This document shows positions 1 through 8,771 of a stretch of 64,000 nucleotides of DNA, piece after piece (the first letter of the stretch is position 1; each line of letters starts with the position of its first letter). This DNA is from Thermoanaerobaculia bacterium (GTDB lineage Bacteria; Acidobacteriota; Thermoanaerobaculia; Multivoradales; JAGPDF01), in contig JAGOCP010000002.1 of the NCBI GenBank assembly GCA_017998715.1, positions 5,429-69,428 on the forward strand, in the 5' to 3' direction. The translations under genes were made by a program, and so were the position numbers. The notes under the pieces are model-generated. The model saw only the letters and a list, made by a program, of their open reading frames with translations. It did not search any database and was not told the DNA's origin.

Positions 1-1515
1 GAAGACGTGGCAGAAGAAATGACCGTAGTAGAGCTTCTTCTCGATCTGCGCGTCGATCTCGGGCGGCAGCCGCTCGATCCAGTCCCGGTCGTTGCGCCGG
101 AGCGCGATGTCGAGGGCGACGATGTCCTCGACATCGCGGGAGTGGACGGCGCGGTAGCGCACCGCCGCCCCCGCCACCGCGAAGCGGTGAAGGAAGGCGG
201 CCTTGCCCTCCGCAGGGGTGCACTCGAAGACGTCGCCGGTCTCGGACGGAAAGATGGTGGCGAGATAGGCACGCGCCTCGGCGATGCCGGCTCCGCCCAT
301 CTTGATCAGCAGGTGATGCTCGAACCGGTCACGGAACGCGTTCATCCGCGCCGGCAGGTGCTGGGGGGCGAGCTGGGCGACCGCTTGGGCGACGCGGTCG
401 GACACCGCGGCGCCGAGGCCGAGCCGCTCGGTCATCGCATCGACCTTCGCCTTGGCCGCGAAGAACGCGGGCATCCGGTCCGTGCCGGCCTTCTCGATGA
501 ACAGGAAGGTGTCCTTGCCGTATTTCGCCGCGACATCGTAGGCGTCGCGATGGATGTATTCGCCGGCGATTGGCAGATGCTCGAACGTCGCCAGCATGTG
601 GCGGCGGATCCCGGTCAGTTCTTCCGGATCGTTGCTGCCGACATAGAAGACCGTGGTCTCCTTCTCGGCCTCGAAGGTGTCGAGCCGCACCGCGAAGACC
701 GCGAGCTTGCCGGCGCATCCCGCTGCCTCGCGCAGCCGGCGCGGATCGGCGTTGAACCGGGCCGGGGTCTCGGCATCGACGTCGCGCACATGCCGCGCAT
801 ACTCGCGATCCGACGCCCAGGCCTCGGTCGGCTGGGGCGCGGGCAGGTCGCCGCGCTCGACCCGGGCGAGGATCTCCTCGGGATCGTTGCCGAGCGGCAG
901 CCCGAGATTGTTGACGAGCGCGACCGAGCCGTCCTCGCGCACTTCGGCGAACAGGCTCATCTCGCTGTAGGCGGGTCCGCGCTGGATCAGGGCGCCGCCG
1001 GAGTTGTTGCAGATGCCCCCCAACACCGAGGCGCCGATGCAGGAGGAGCCGATCACCGAATGCGGCTCGCGCCCGAGCGGGCGCAGGGCCTTCTCCAGGG
1101 CGTCAAGCGTCGCGCCGGGCAGGCAGACGACCTGCCGCCCCTCCTCGATGAGGTGGACGCCCTTCAGCCGGCGCAGGCTCACGAGGACGATCTCCCGGTC
1201 GTAGTCGTCGCCCCAGGGTGTCGACCCGCCCGTCAGGCCGGTATTCGCGGCCTGGAAGATCACGACCCGCCCGGCTGCAATCGCCGCCTGCAGGACGCGC
1301 CACTGCTCGACGAGACTGCCGGGGCGCACCACCGCGGCGACCCGGCCGCTGCCGTAGCGAAAGCCGCGCGTATAGCCACGGGTGTCGCGGGCGGAGGTCA
1401 GCACGTGGCGCGTGCCGACGATCCGGCCGAGCTCTGCGATCAAGTCCCCGCGCGAGGCTTCGGGCGCGGGCTGGGGCGGGAGTCCGGCAGCCGGACCACG
1501 GGCGGGGATCGTCAT
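1..1515 (-). CDS. dld: FAD-binding D-lactate dehydrogenase, quinone-dependent (Dld family); about 505 codons present, 3' end (C-terminus) lies beyond the window start
   Basis: Translating the reverse complement from the ATG at 1515 gives MTIPARGP...VIGSSCIGASVLGGICNNSGGALIQRGPAYSEMSLF...GCAGKLAVFAVRLDTFEAEKE...HRFAVAGAAVRYRAVH, which is collinear with E. coli Dld along its whole length. The 525-aa plus-strand ORF at 7-1584 is its antisense shadow. Confidence 0.85.
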   Translation of the reverse strand, partial: MTIPARGPAAGLPPQPAPEASRGDLIAELGRIVGTRHVLTSARDTRGYTRGFRYGSGRVAAVVRPGSLVEQWRVLQAAIAAGRVVIFQAANTGLTGGSTPWGDDYDREIVLVSLRRLKGVHLIEEGRQVVCLPGATLDALEKALRPLGREPHSVIGSSCIGASVLGGICNNSGGALIQRGPAYSEMSLFAEVREDGSVALVNNLGLPLGNDPEEILARVERGDLPAPQPTEAWASDREYARHVRDVDAETPARFNADPRRLREAAGCAGKLAVFAVRLDTFEAEKETTVFYVGSNDPEELTGIRRHMLATFEHLPIAGEYIHRDAYDVAAKYGKDTFLFIEKAGTDRMPAFFAAKAKVDAMTERLGLGAAVSDRVAQAVAQLAPQHLPARMNAFRDRFEHHLLIKMGGAGIAEARAYLATIFPSETGDVFECTPAEGKAAFLHRFAVAGAAVRYRAVHSRDVEDIVALDIALRRNDRDWIERLPPEIDAQIEKKLYYGHFFCHVF

Positions 1516-1600
1516 GCGGCTCCTCCGTGTGAGGGGGCTTGCCCGGGCGTCGGGAGCTCCCCTTCGTGCTGGACCTTGGGGTAGACCAACGTTTCACCAT

Positions 1601-1642
1601 TGGTAAAACAATTTTGCCACTTGCGTCAATCCATAAATTGAC
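1601..1642. promoter_or_regulatory. Two operator-like palindromes in the dld/GntR divergent intergenic region: TGGTAAAAC-A-ATTTTGCCA (1601-1619) and GTCAAT-N6-ATTGAC (1625-1642)
   Basis: Both inverted repeats are visible in the sequence. FadR/GntR-family operators are typically short palindromes of this type. Confidence 0.4.
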
Positions 1643-1728
1643 TTCACCCCCGGCGCGATCGCGGTTAGGCTCGTCTCGCCGGAAGCGCCCGCGCCAAACT
1701 CGAGGGCGGGGCTTCCGCGGGAGGCCGC

Positions 1729-2529
1729 ATGGTGAAGGACGCGATCAGGGGAAGCAGCGCCGGAGAGTCGACGGCGCGGCACATCGAGGACCTGATTCTC
1801 GAGGGCTCGCTCCGCCCCGGCGAGCCGCTGCTGCCCGAGCGCGAAATGGCGCTTCGGCTCAACGTGTCGCGGCCGACGCTGCGCCAGGGGATGAAGATGC
1901 TCGAGGAGAAGGGACTGCTGCTTGCGGAGCCCGGCGGCGCGCGGGTCGTCGCCCCACTGGCGACGAGCATCACCGATCCGCTGATCGACCTGCTCTCGAC
2001 GCGCGACGACGTGGTCGAGGACTATCTCGAGCTGCGCCGGACGCTCGAGGGCATGGCCGCGACGCTCGCCGCGACGCGCGCGAACGATGTCGATCGCGCC
2101 ATGCTGGAACGCTGCATGGACCGCATCGACGCCGCGCACGAGAAGGCAGACCCACATGACGAGGCGGACGGCGACGTCGATCTCCACGTCGCGATCTACG
2201 AGGCCAGCCACAACGTCGTCCTGCTCCAGGTGATGCGCGCGCTGTCGGGCATGCTCCGCCGCGGCGTCTTCCACAACCGAGAGAAGCTCTACGCCCGCTC
2301 CGAGGTCCGCGAGGTCCTGCTCGCGCAGCACCGGGCGATCTTCGAGGCCGTGATGGCGCGCGACCCGGAAGCGGCCGGTCGCGCCGCCGAGGATCACATG
2401 ACCTACACCCGTCGCGTGCTGAACGAGATCGCCGCCGCCGAGGCCCGGCTCGAGATCTCGCTTCGGCGAATCGACGGCGGCAACCTGAGCTCACGGGCCC
2501 GGACAAAGCCGATTCCAGAGGCCGGCTGA
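1729..2529 (+). CDS. GntR family transcriptional regulator, FadR/FCD subfamily (LldR/PdhR-like), divergent from dld
   Basis: The N-terminus has a winged HTH (PGEPLLPEREMALRLNVSRPTLRQGMKMLEEKGLL) followed by an FCD-like helical C-domain. Its position next to dld supports a lactate-regulon role. Confidence 0.8.
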   Translation: MVKDAIRGSSAGESTARHIEDLILEGSLRPGEPLLPEREMALRLNVSRPTLRQGMKMLEEKGLLLAEPGGARVVAPLATSITDPLIDLLSTRDDVVEDYLELRRTLEGMAATLAATRANDVDRAMLERCMDRIDAAHEKADPHDEADGDVDLHVAIYEASHNVVLLQVMRALSGMLRRGVFHNREKLYARSEVREVLLAQHRAIFEAVMARDPEAAGRAAEDHMTYTRRVLNEIAAAEARLEISLRRIDGGNLSSRARTKPIPEAG

Positions 2530-3089
2530 GCAGTCGGCCGTGGGTTTCTCGAGTTATGTGCGGGCGGCAGCCAGCGGCGGAGCTCGGGGCGCGCGCGCGT
2601 ATCCGCCGCCCTGACTCATATCCGTTCGGCCCGCTGCCCTGGATAGTCTTGCAGGGCGGAACAGATGCTCGGTACGCCGGCGCACCGAAAGTCGACATTC
2701 AGGTCGCTGCCGCTACCGGGTCTCGATAGTCCTGTCCTTGTAAGCATCGCCCAAATTGATCTGGGCACCTTGTTTTCCAGAGCGATTGCAACCACCAGTC
2801 GAGGTCTACGCGCCGGCATACGGTCGAGCCAGCCCATGGTGTTCTTGCGCCCATGAGCTGTCGCGCACCAACGCCATGGCGCCAATGATTGGTAGGTTGC
2901 GGATGTCGCGCTGGCCCATTTTCGAGGTCTTGCCGAAGACCCGGACGCCCGGCAGCGGTAACGCAACGAACGGCCGCTTCTGTCCTTGTGGCCGATCCGG
3001 CCGGGCCACTGCAAATGGCGGCTGTCCGCCCATCGCGCCCACCAAGGAGCGCGCCGATCTGGCTCTGCACCCCACCGCGGTCGGATAAT

Positions 3090-3491
3090 TCAGTGGTTTC
3101 CCAACCGCTCGAACTGCCGGCTCCACTCCAACTGGAACCCTTCCAGCAGGGTGTCGAGCTGCAGGTCCACTTGCTGGCGTCCGTCGAGGATCGCCTCCAC
3201 GATCTCCGGCGCTAACAGCGTGAGCCGCAGGATGCCGCTGACGTACGACGGTGCGAGCCGCTCGGCCTGGGCGAGGTCCTCGATCGTCGCATGAACGCCC
3301 TCATCGAGCATCTTCCGCCACCGGAACGCCCGCGCGAGCGCCTTCACCATGGCATTGTCGATCCGCGGCCGTGGCGCCCACTCCGCACCGTCCGGCGTCA
3401 CCACCCGCTTCCGCCCGCCGCGCTTCCTGAATGTCAGCGGGATGTGGACGGTGATCGTCTCGCCGTCGGCCGAGATCGTGGCCCGCTTCAC
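3090..3491 (-). CDS. Conserved hypothetical protein co-transcribed downstream of the serine recombinase
   Basis: 133-aa ORF with realistic composition (MKRATISADGETITVHIPL...SYVSGILRLTLLAPEIVEAILDG). It overlaps the recombinase stop by 4 nt. Confidence 0.5.
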   Translation of the reverse strand: MKRATISADGETITVHIPLTFRKRGGRKRVVTPDGAEWAPRPRIDNAMVKALARAFRWRKMLDEGVHATIEDLAQAERLAPSYVSGILRLTLLAPEIVEAILDGRQQVDLQLDTLLEGFQLEWSRQFERLGNH

Positions 3492-4795
3492 GCTGCTGCC
3501 CTCCTGCTGCCCGCGACCTCACGGACCAGCCCGGCGAGCCCGTTCGGCCTCAGCCTGACCTCGACGCCGTTCATCCGCACCTCGACCCGTTCGACCAGCA
3601 ACTGCACGATCCGCGCCTGCTCGGCCGGGAACAGCTCGTCCCACAGCGGATCGAGCTCGGTGAGAGCCGTCCGCGCCTCGTCTTCGGTGATGTCGTCGGC
3701 TTCGGCCCGCGCCGCGCGCCATGTGCCTACGATGATCTCCGGCTGCCGGAAGATGCCGCGCAGCTGGTCGATCACCGCGGCCTCGATCTCCGCTGCCGGC
3801 ACCCGACCAACCGGACACGCGTCGGGCCCGCGCTTCAACACGTCCTGGCTGACGTAGTAGCGGTAGAGCCGGTTGCCCTTGCGCGTGTGCGTTGGCGACA
3901 TCGCCGCCCCGCTCGGCCCGAAGATCAGCCCCCTCAGCAGCGCCGGCGTCTGTGCCCGGGTGTTCGCCGAACGGGTGCGGACGTTCTCGGCGAGGATCGC
4001 ATGCACCTTGTCCCACAGATCCTGATCGATGATCGCCGCGTGTTCGCCCGGATGCGCCGTCCCCTTGTGCACCGCGAGGCCGAGGTAGGTACGGTTGTTG
4101 AGCAGCTTATAGAGGTAGCCCTTGTCGACCAGCTTGCCGCGCTTGGTGCGAACGGCCTCCCGCCGCAGTTCCCGAGCCAGCACCGTCGCAGAGCCGATGC
4201 TGACGAACCGTTCGAAGATGCTGCGCACGATCGCCGCATCGGGCTCGGACACCACGAGCTTCCGGTCCTTCGCCACGTAGCCGAGCGGGACGTTGCCGCC
4301 CATGAACATGCCCTTCTGTCGCGACGCCCTGATCTTGTCGCGGATGCGCTCGGCGGTGACCTCGCGCTCGAACTGGGCGAAGGAGAGCAGGATGTTGAGC
4401 GTGAGCCGCCCCATCGAGGTCGTGGTGTTGAACGACTGGGTGACCGACACGAAGGTGACGCCGGCGCGGTCGAAGACCTCGACCAGCTTTGAGAAGTCCA
4501 TCAGCGAGCGGCTGAGCCGGTCGATCTTGTAGACCACGACGACGTCGATCAGCCCCTCCTCGATGTCGGCGAGCAGCCGCTTCAGCGCCGGCCGCTCCAG
4601 CGTGCCGCCGGAGAAGCCGCCGTCGTCGTAGGGCTCGCGGATCAGCGCCCATCCCTCGGAGCGCTGGCTGGCGACATACGCCTCGCAGGCCTCGCGCTGG
4701 GCGTGCAGGCTGTTGAACTCCTGCTCCAGCCCCTCCTCGCTGGACTTCCGGGTGTAGACCGCGCAGCGGAGCTTGCGGGTGACGGGCTTCGTCAT
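3488..4795 (-). CDS. Large serine recombinase (resolvase/invertase catalytic domain + recombinase domain + zinc ribbon)
   Basis: MTKPVTRKLRCAVYTRKSSEEGLEQEFNSLHAQREACEAYV is a typical serine-recombinase N-terminus with the catalytic Ser. The long C-terminal recombinase/zinc-ribbon region follows. The ATG at 4795 overlaps the upstream gene stop (ATGA). Confidence 0.85.
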   Translation of the reverse strand: MTKPVTRKLRCAVYTRKSSEEGLEQEFNSLHAQREACEAYVASQRSEGWALIREPYDDGGFSGGTLERPALKRLLADIEEGLIDVVVVYKIDRLSRSLMDFSKLVEVFDRAGVTFVSVTQSFNTTTSMGRLTLNILLSFAQFEREVTAERIRDKIRASRQKGMFMGGNVPLGYVAKDRKLVVSEPDAAIVRSIFERFVSIGSATVLARELRREAVRTKRGKLVDKGYLYKLLNNRTYLGLAVHKGTAHPGEHAAIIDQDLWDKVHAILAENVRTRSANTRAQTPALLRGLIFGPSGAAMSPTHTRKGNRLYRYYVSQDVLKRGPDACPVGRVPAAEIEAAVIDQLRGIFRQPEIIVGTWRAARAEADDITEDEARTALTELDPLWDELFPAEQARIVQLLVERVEVRMNGVEVRLRPNGLAGLVREVAGSRRAAA

Positions 4796-5238
4796 GATGC
4801 ACCGCCCTGCCGCTTGAGGCCCCAGAAGACGAGCCCGTTCCACCTCGTGCCGGTGATCTCGCGGGCGATCGCGGAGAGCGAGCGGTAGGGGCGGCCCTGC
4901 CACTCGTAGCCGTCGGCAAGCACCGTGACCGTGTGCTCGACGCCGCGGTACTCGCGGACCAGCCGGGTCCCGGCGACCGGGCGCGCGTCATGCCGGATGC
5001 GGCGGGTGGCGACGTTGTCGCTGTCGTACTGCTCGCCGAGGATCTCCAGCCGCCGGAGCGTCTCCGGCTTCAGCCCGCCGTAGGCAAGCTCCTGGATGCG
5101 GTAGGCGATGCGATTTTCGAGGTGGCGGCGGTTGAACGGTGGCGGCTCGGTCTCGAACAGCGCGCGCCATTGCGCCTTCAGCTCCGGCATCGGCATGGTC
5201 TTCAGCGCGGCGACGCGCGCGGGGATCGGGTCGGTCAT
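4792..5238 (-). CDS. DUF2924-like protein, the usual partner of large serine recombinases in integrative elements
   Basis: MTDPIPARVAALKTMPMPELKAQWRALFETEPPPFNRRHLENRIAYRIQELAYGGL matches the DUF2924 signature as I recall it. Confidence 0.65.
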   Translation of the reverse strand: MTDPIPARVAALKTMPMPELKAQWRALFETEPPPFNRRHLENRIAYRIQELAYGGLKPETLRRLEILGEQYDSDNVATRRIRHDARPVAGTRLVREYRGVEHTVTVLADGYEWQGRPYRSLSAIAREITGTRWNGLVFWGLKRQGGAS

Positions 5239-5307
5239 GCGGTTCTCCGTCGTTCCGGTTTTGCATGACCGCTCCGGTCGGGCGGGATGTGTAGGCAACT
5301 TTCTCTC

Positions 5308-5331
5308 GTCAAGTCAGATACTTGACTTGAC
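5308..5331. repeat. Perfect 9-bp inverted repeat GTCAAGTCA-gatact-TGACTTGAC immediately upstream of the DUF2924/recombinase operon
   Basis: Seen directly in the sequence. It could be an operator, or a recombinase-binding site. Confidence 0.5.
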
Positions 5332-5652
5332 TGCCGGGCGCGGAGCCGGATCAGGCCGAAGGCGAGCAGCTCGCAGACCTCGGTGCGGCGCTCGGTGGCC
5401 GACATGCGCTCCGGCAGCAGTGGATTCGGGCGGTTCACGGGGCGAGAGGGGGCGGGTGTCAAAGCCACACTGCTGGGGTTCGGGGATTGCTGTCGGCGCC
5501 CCGGGAGTCGGGCTGCACGAAATGAATCGTGATCCGGTTTTTTCGCGTCGTCAATCATATTGATACGAGATCATGGAATTTGCGTGGCGATCGGTTCGCG
5601 AGTGCGATAGGTGGGCGATCCCTGACAGAATCAGCCTCGGATCGCCGCCCTC

Positions 5653-6387
5653 ATGAACTGCTACATCCGCTCGGTCGAGGTGATTGACCGCACCCTTCCC
5701 GACCTCGCGCCGCTCTTCGACGAGATGCGGGATCGCCTGCGCGACGAGCACGGCGTCACCCGGGCGCGTTACTATCACGCCGTTCCGATCGCCGACGGCG
5801 CCCGCCTTGCTGTGTCCGCCAGCCCGCCGATCCGGGCGCTGGCCGAGGACTACGTCCGCAACCGACGTCACGAGATCGACCACCTGCTGCTCGAGCGCAT
5901 GCGGATTGCCGAGCCGACGGTCTGGGACCGGGAGCGGCGCGACGAAGGCTGCCCGCCGCGGATGCGGGCGTCGCGAGAGCGCTGGGCAAAGCTCACCCAG
6001 GAAGCCATCGGCGCGGGATGGTGGCACGGCTTCGACGTCGCTGCCTTCGGCCCCGGAGGACGACGGGGCCTCTTCAAGATCAACGCCCCGCTCGAGCAGC
6101 CGCTCGGCCGCCGCTACATGGGCGGGGTGCGGCACGTGCTGCACGACTTCCACCTGGCCTATTGCAACGTCGAGCTGGCGGCAGCGCCGAGGATCAGACT
6201 GGCGCCCGGCGACCAGGAGGCGCTCGCTGGCGTCGCCTCCGGTCGCAAGATCGACGTGATCGCCCATGAGCTTGGCATCACCAGCCGCGGGGTCGAGGAG
6301 CGCCTGGCCCGGGCGCGCAAGCTGCTCGGCTGCCGGACGACCCCCGAGGCCGTCGCCAAGGCGGTGGCGCTGGGATTTATTCTCTAG
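5653..6387 (+). CDS. LuxR-family transcriptional regulator (solo), with an N-terminal ligand/autoinducer-binding-like domain and a C-terminal GerE-type HTH
   Basis: C-terminal PGDQEALAGVASGRKIDVIAHELGITSRGVEERLARARKLLGCRT is a LuxR-type HTH. No luxI-like gene is nearby. Confidence 0.65.
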   Translation: MNCYIRSVEVIDRTLPDLAPLFDEMRDRLRDEHGVTRARYYHAVPIADGARLAVSASPPIRALAEDYVRNRRHEIDHLLLERMRIAEPTVWDRERRDEGCPPRMRASRERWAKLTQEAIGAGWWHGFDVAAFGPGGRRGLFKINAPLEQPLGRRYMGGVRHVLHDFHLAYCNVELAAAPRIRLAPGDQEALAGVASGRKIDVIAHELGITSRGVEERLARARKLLGCRTTPEAVAKAVALGFIL

Positions 6388-6553
6388 ACCCCGTCCGAAG
6401 TGTGGGATCTCCCATCGAGTGTGGGATTTCCCAGCTAGTCGGATCAACCATAAGTTGTATCACTGACCTTCAAGAACACTCGGTCTTGAGGGAAGTCGCT
6501 TCACATGCAGCGCCGCGTGCGGCTCGCGATCCTGATCCGCAAGGCGGTCCCGG

Positions 6554-6892
6554 TCAGCCTGGACCTTCTGCTCGACCCTTTCGGGCCTCTATGTCGCGCA
6601 TGGCGGCGAAGACGCGCTCCGCCGTCTCGACCGGCAGGCGCCGGAAGTCCCCGTAGATCACGAAGTCGAAGCTGATGTCGTGCTCGCGGCGAAAATGCCG
6701 AATGACGTCGATGGACGGATAGGCCTTGGCGGTCTCGTAGCTGGCATAGCTCGAGCTCGGCATGTCGAGGGCGGCGGCCATCGTCTTCTGGTCGACGCCG
6801 AGCGCCATTCGGGCGGCGCGCAGCCGGAACGACGCCGCCTCGATCGAGGTGTCGGCGAAGCGCGCCAGCGCGTGCCTCTCGTCCTGCTGCAT
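6554..6892 (-). CDS. XRE-family (Cro/CI-type) HTH repressor-like protein
   Basis: HTH_3 motif LRAARMALGVDQKTMAAALDMPSSSYASYETAKAYPSID. It is divergent from a rightward early operon. Confidence 0.7.
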   Translation of the reverse strand: MQQDERHALARFADTSIEAASFRLRAARMALGVDQKTMAAALDMPSSSYASYETAKAYPSIDVIRHFRREHDISFDFVIYGDFRRLPVETAERVFAAMRDIEARKGRAEGPG

Positions 6893-7050
6893 CCTGATCC
6901 TGCCTTCCTGCTCCCCGATCGCCGGCACTTTCCGGGTTTTTCGAACAAAATGCGAGCGCGAGATTTTCACATCTTGTTGATTGCAGAATCTGGGATAATG
7001 ATTCGGCATCGCAAACGCTTCATCCCCCGCAACTTCGTTCGAGAGCACCC
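6893..7050. promoter_or_regulatory. Divergent promoter/operator region between the cI-like gene and the early operon; contains the palindrome GATTGCAGAATC and a GATAAT -10-like box
   Basis: Sequence inspection, and position between divergent regulatory genes. Confidence 0.35.
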
Positions 7051-7392
7051 ATGGCGAAAACGCCTACGATCCGGATTCCCCGACCCCGCGTCAGCGAGAT
7101 CGAGCTCTGCGCCTGGGTGGCGCAGGCCCAGCCCGGCGCAAGCCTCACCTATCACCGCGGCTATCTCGCGCTCGACCGCACCGCCTTCGGCCCCTTCGCC
7201 GACACGCCGGAGCGGGCGGCCATCGGCCTCCTCGGCGCCCGCGCCCACGACCTCGCCGAGCGCGGCCTCGTCCACCTGGTGCAGCACCGGCACGGACCGG
7301 AGGACTACAGCTACATCGCCGTCGCCCGAGCCCGCGGGAAGAAGGCGCTCCCCGACTTCGCGGCCCACGTCATCACCGAGGAGGCCGCGTAA
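7051..7392 (+). CDS. Hypothetical phage early protein
   Basis: ORF with coding-like composition, first gene of the rightward operon. No recognisable motif. Confidence 0.45.
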   Translation: MAKTPTIRIPRPRVSEIELCAWVAQAQPGASLTYHRGYLALDRTAFGPFADTPERAAIGLLGARAHDLAERGLVHLVQHRHGPEDYSYIAVARARGKKALPDFAAHVITEEAA

Positions 7393-7878
7393 GTGGACAC
7401 CCCCGCCAACCGTCCCCGGCTCGGGGACCTGCCGACGATGCCGATCGGCGAGATCGCGGCGCTTCCCGCCGATCTCCTCGCTGTCCTGCAGGAGGAGGCG
7501 GAGGACGCCGCGAAGGCCGCGCGTTCGCTCGCCGACTGGCTGAACGGCGCCATCGCGCTCCGCTACGCCGACCGCGCCGCCGCGGCGCGCCGCGCCGAAG
7601 GCAAGGACACCGGCACCGTCCGCCTCAACGACGACGAGGTCACGGTGGTCGCCGACCTGCCGAAGCGGATCGAGTGGGATCAGACGAAGCTCGGCGAGAT
7701 GGTCGCGCGCATCCGCGCGGCCGGGGACGACCCGGCCGAGTATGTCGAGACCAGCTTCAAGGTCTCCGAGCGGAAGTACGGCGCCTGGCCGGCGGCGATC
7801 CGTGATGGCTTCGAGGCCGCTCGCACCGTCAGGCCGGGTAAGCCGACGTTCCGGCTGCAGCTCGGGGAGGTGCGGTGA
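7393..7878 (+). CDS. Hypothetical phage early protein
   Basis: ORF contiguous with its neighbours (ATG follows the upstream stop). Confidence 0.45.
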   Translation: MDTPANRPRLGDLPTMPIGEIAALPADLLAVLQEEAEDAAKAARSLADWLNGAIALRYADRAAAARRAEGKDTGTVRLNDDEVTVVADLPKRIEWDQTKLGEMVARIRAAGDDPAEYVETSFKVSERKYGAWPAAIRDGFEAARTVRPGKPTFRLQLGEVR

Positions 7879-8771
7879 TGGCTCTCCCGATCATCACCGC
7901 CGACCAGCGTCTGGCCGAGCCGCGGGGCATCAAGGGCTGCATCTTCGGCAGGTCCGGGCTCGGCAAGACCAGCCTGCTCTGGACGCTCAACGCCTCGACG
8001 ACGCTCTTCTTCGACCTCGAAGCGGGTGATCTCGCGATCGAGGGCTGGGAAGGCGACGCGATCCGCCCGCGTACCTGGACCGAGTGCCGCGACTTCGCCG
8101 TCTTCATCGGCGGACCGAACCCGGCGCTCCGGAAGGACCAGTCCTACAGCCAGGCGCATTACGACGCGGTCTGCACGAAGTTCGGCGATCCCGCCGTCCT
8201 CGACCGCTACGACACCATCTTCATCGACTCGATCACCGTCGCCGGCCGGCTCTGCTTCCAGTGGTGCAAGGGCCAGCCCGAGGCCACCTCCGAGAAGACC
8301 GGCAAGCCGGACGTGCGCGGCGCCTACGGGCTGCACGGCCGCGAGATGATCGGCTGGCTCACCCACCTGCAGCACACCCGGGCGAAGAACGTCTGGTTCG
8401 TCGGAATCCTCGACGAGCGGCTCGACGACTTCAATCGCAAGGTGTTCTCGCCGCAGATCGACGGATCAAAAACCGGCCTCGAGCTGCCCGGGATCGTCGA
8501 CCAGGTGATCACCATGGCGGAGATCCCGGACGCGAACGGCAAGGCCGGCCGCGCCTTCGTCTGCCAGACCCTGAACCCCTGGGGCTTCCCGGCCAAGGAC
8601 CGCTCGGGCCGTCTCGACATGGTCGAGGCGCCGCATCTCGGCCGGCTGATGGAGAAGGTGCACGGGCCGGTGCAGCCGGCGTCGCTGCGCCTGACCTACA
8701 CACCCCTCGCGCTTCCCGCGCCCCCCGCCGGCCCCGCGGCCGACGACAGCAATCCTTCCCATGGCAACTGA
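7875..8771 (+). CDS. RecA-like AAA ATPase (AAA_24 / Sak4-like recombination protein)
   Basis: Walker A GRSGLGKTSLLWTL and Walker B-like IFIDSITVAG motifs. AAA_24 proteins are typical of phage replication/recombination modules. Confidence 0.7.
   Translation: MMALPIITADQRLAEPRGIKGCIFGRSGLGKTSLLWTLNASTTLFFDLEAGDLAIEGWEGDAIRPRTWTECRDFAVFIGGPNPALRKDQSYSQAHYDAVCTKFGDPAVLDRYDTIFIDSITVAGRLCFQWCKGQPEATSEKTGKPDVRGAYGLHGREMIGWLTHLQHTRAKNVWFVGILDERLDDFNRKVFSPQIDGSKTGLELPGIVDQVITMAEIPDANGKAGRAFVCQTLNPWGFPAKDRSGRLDMVEAPHLGRLMEKVHGPVQPASLRLTYTPLALPAPPAGPAADDSNPSHGN

Noticed and set aside
7-1584. 525-aa plus-strand ORF overlapping the dld gene
   Set aside because: Its composition is the Asp/Leu/Gly/Arg-rich antisense shadow typical of high-GC genes. 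The minus strand gives a full-length, collinear Dld protein instead.
2806-3126. Minus-strand 106-aa ORF in the left junction region as a real gene
   Set aside because: No plausible start context, and overall shadow-like composition. Only a short stretch looks protein-like, so it is reported only as a possible remnant.
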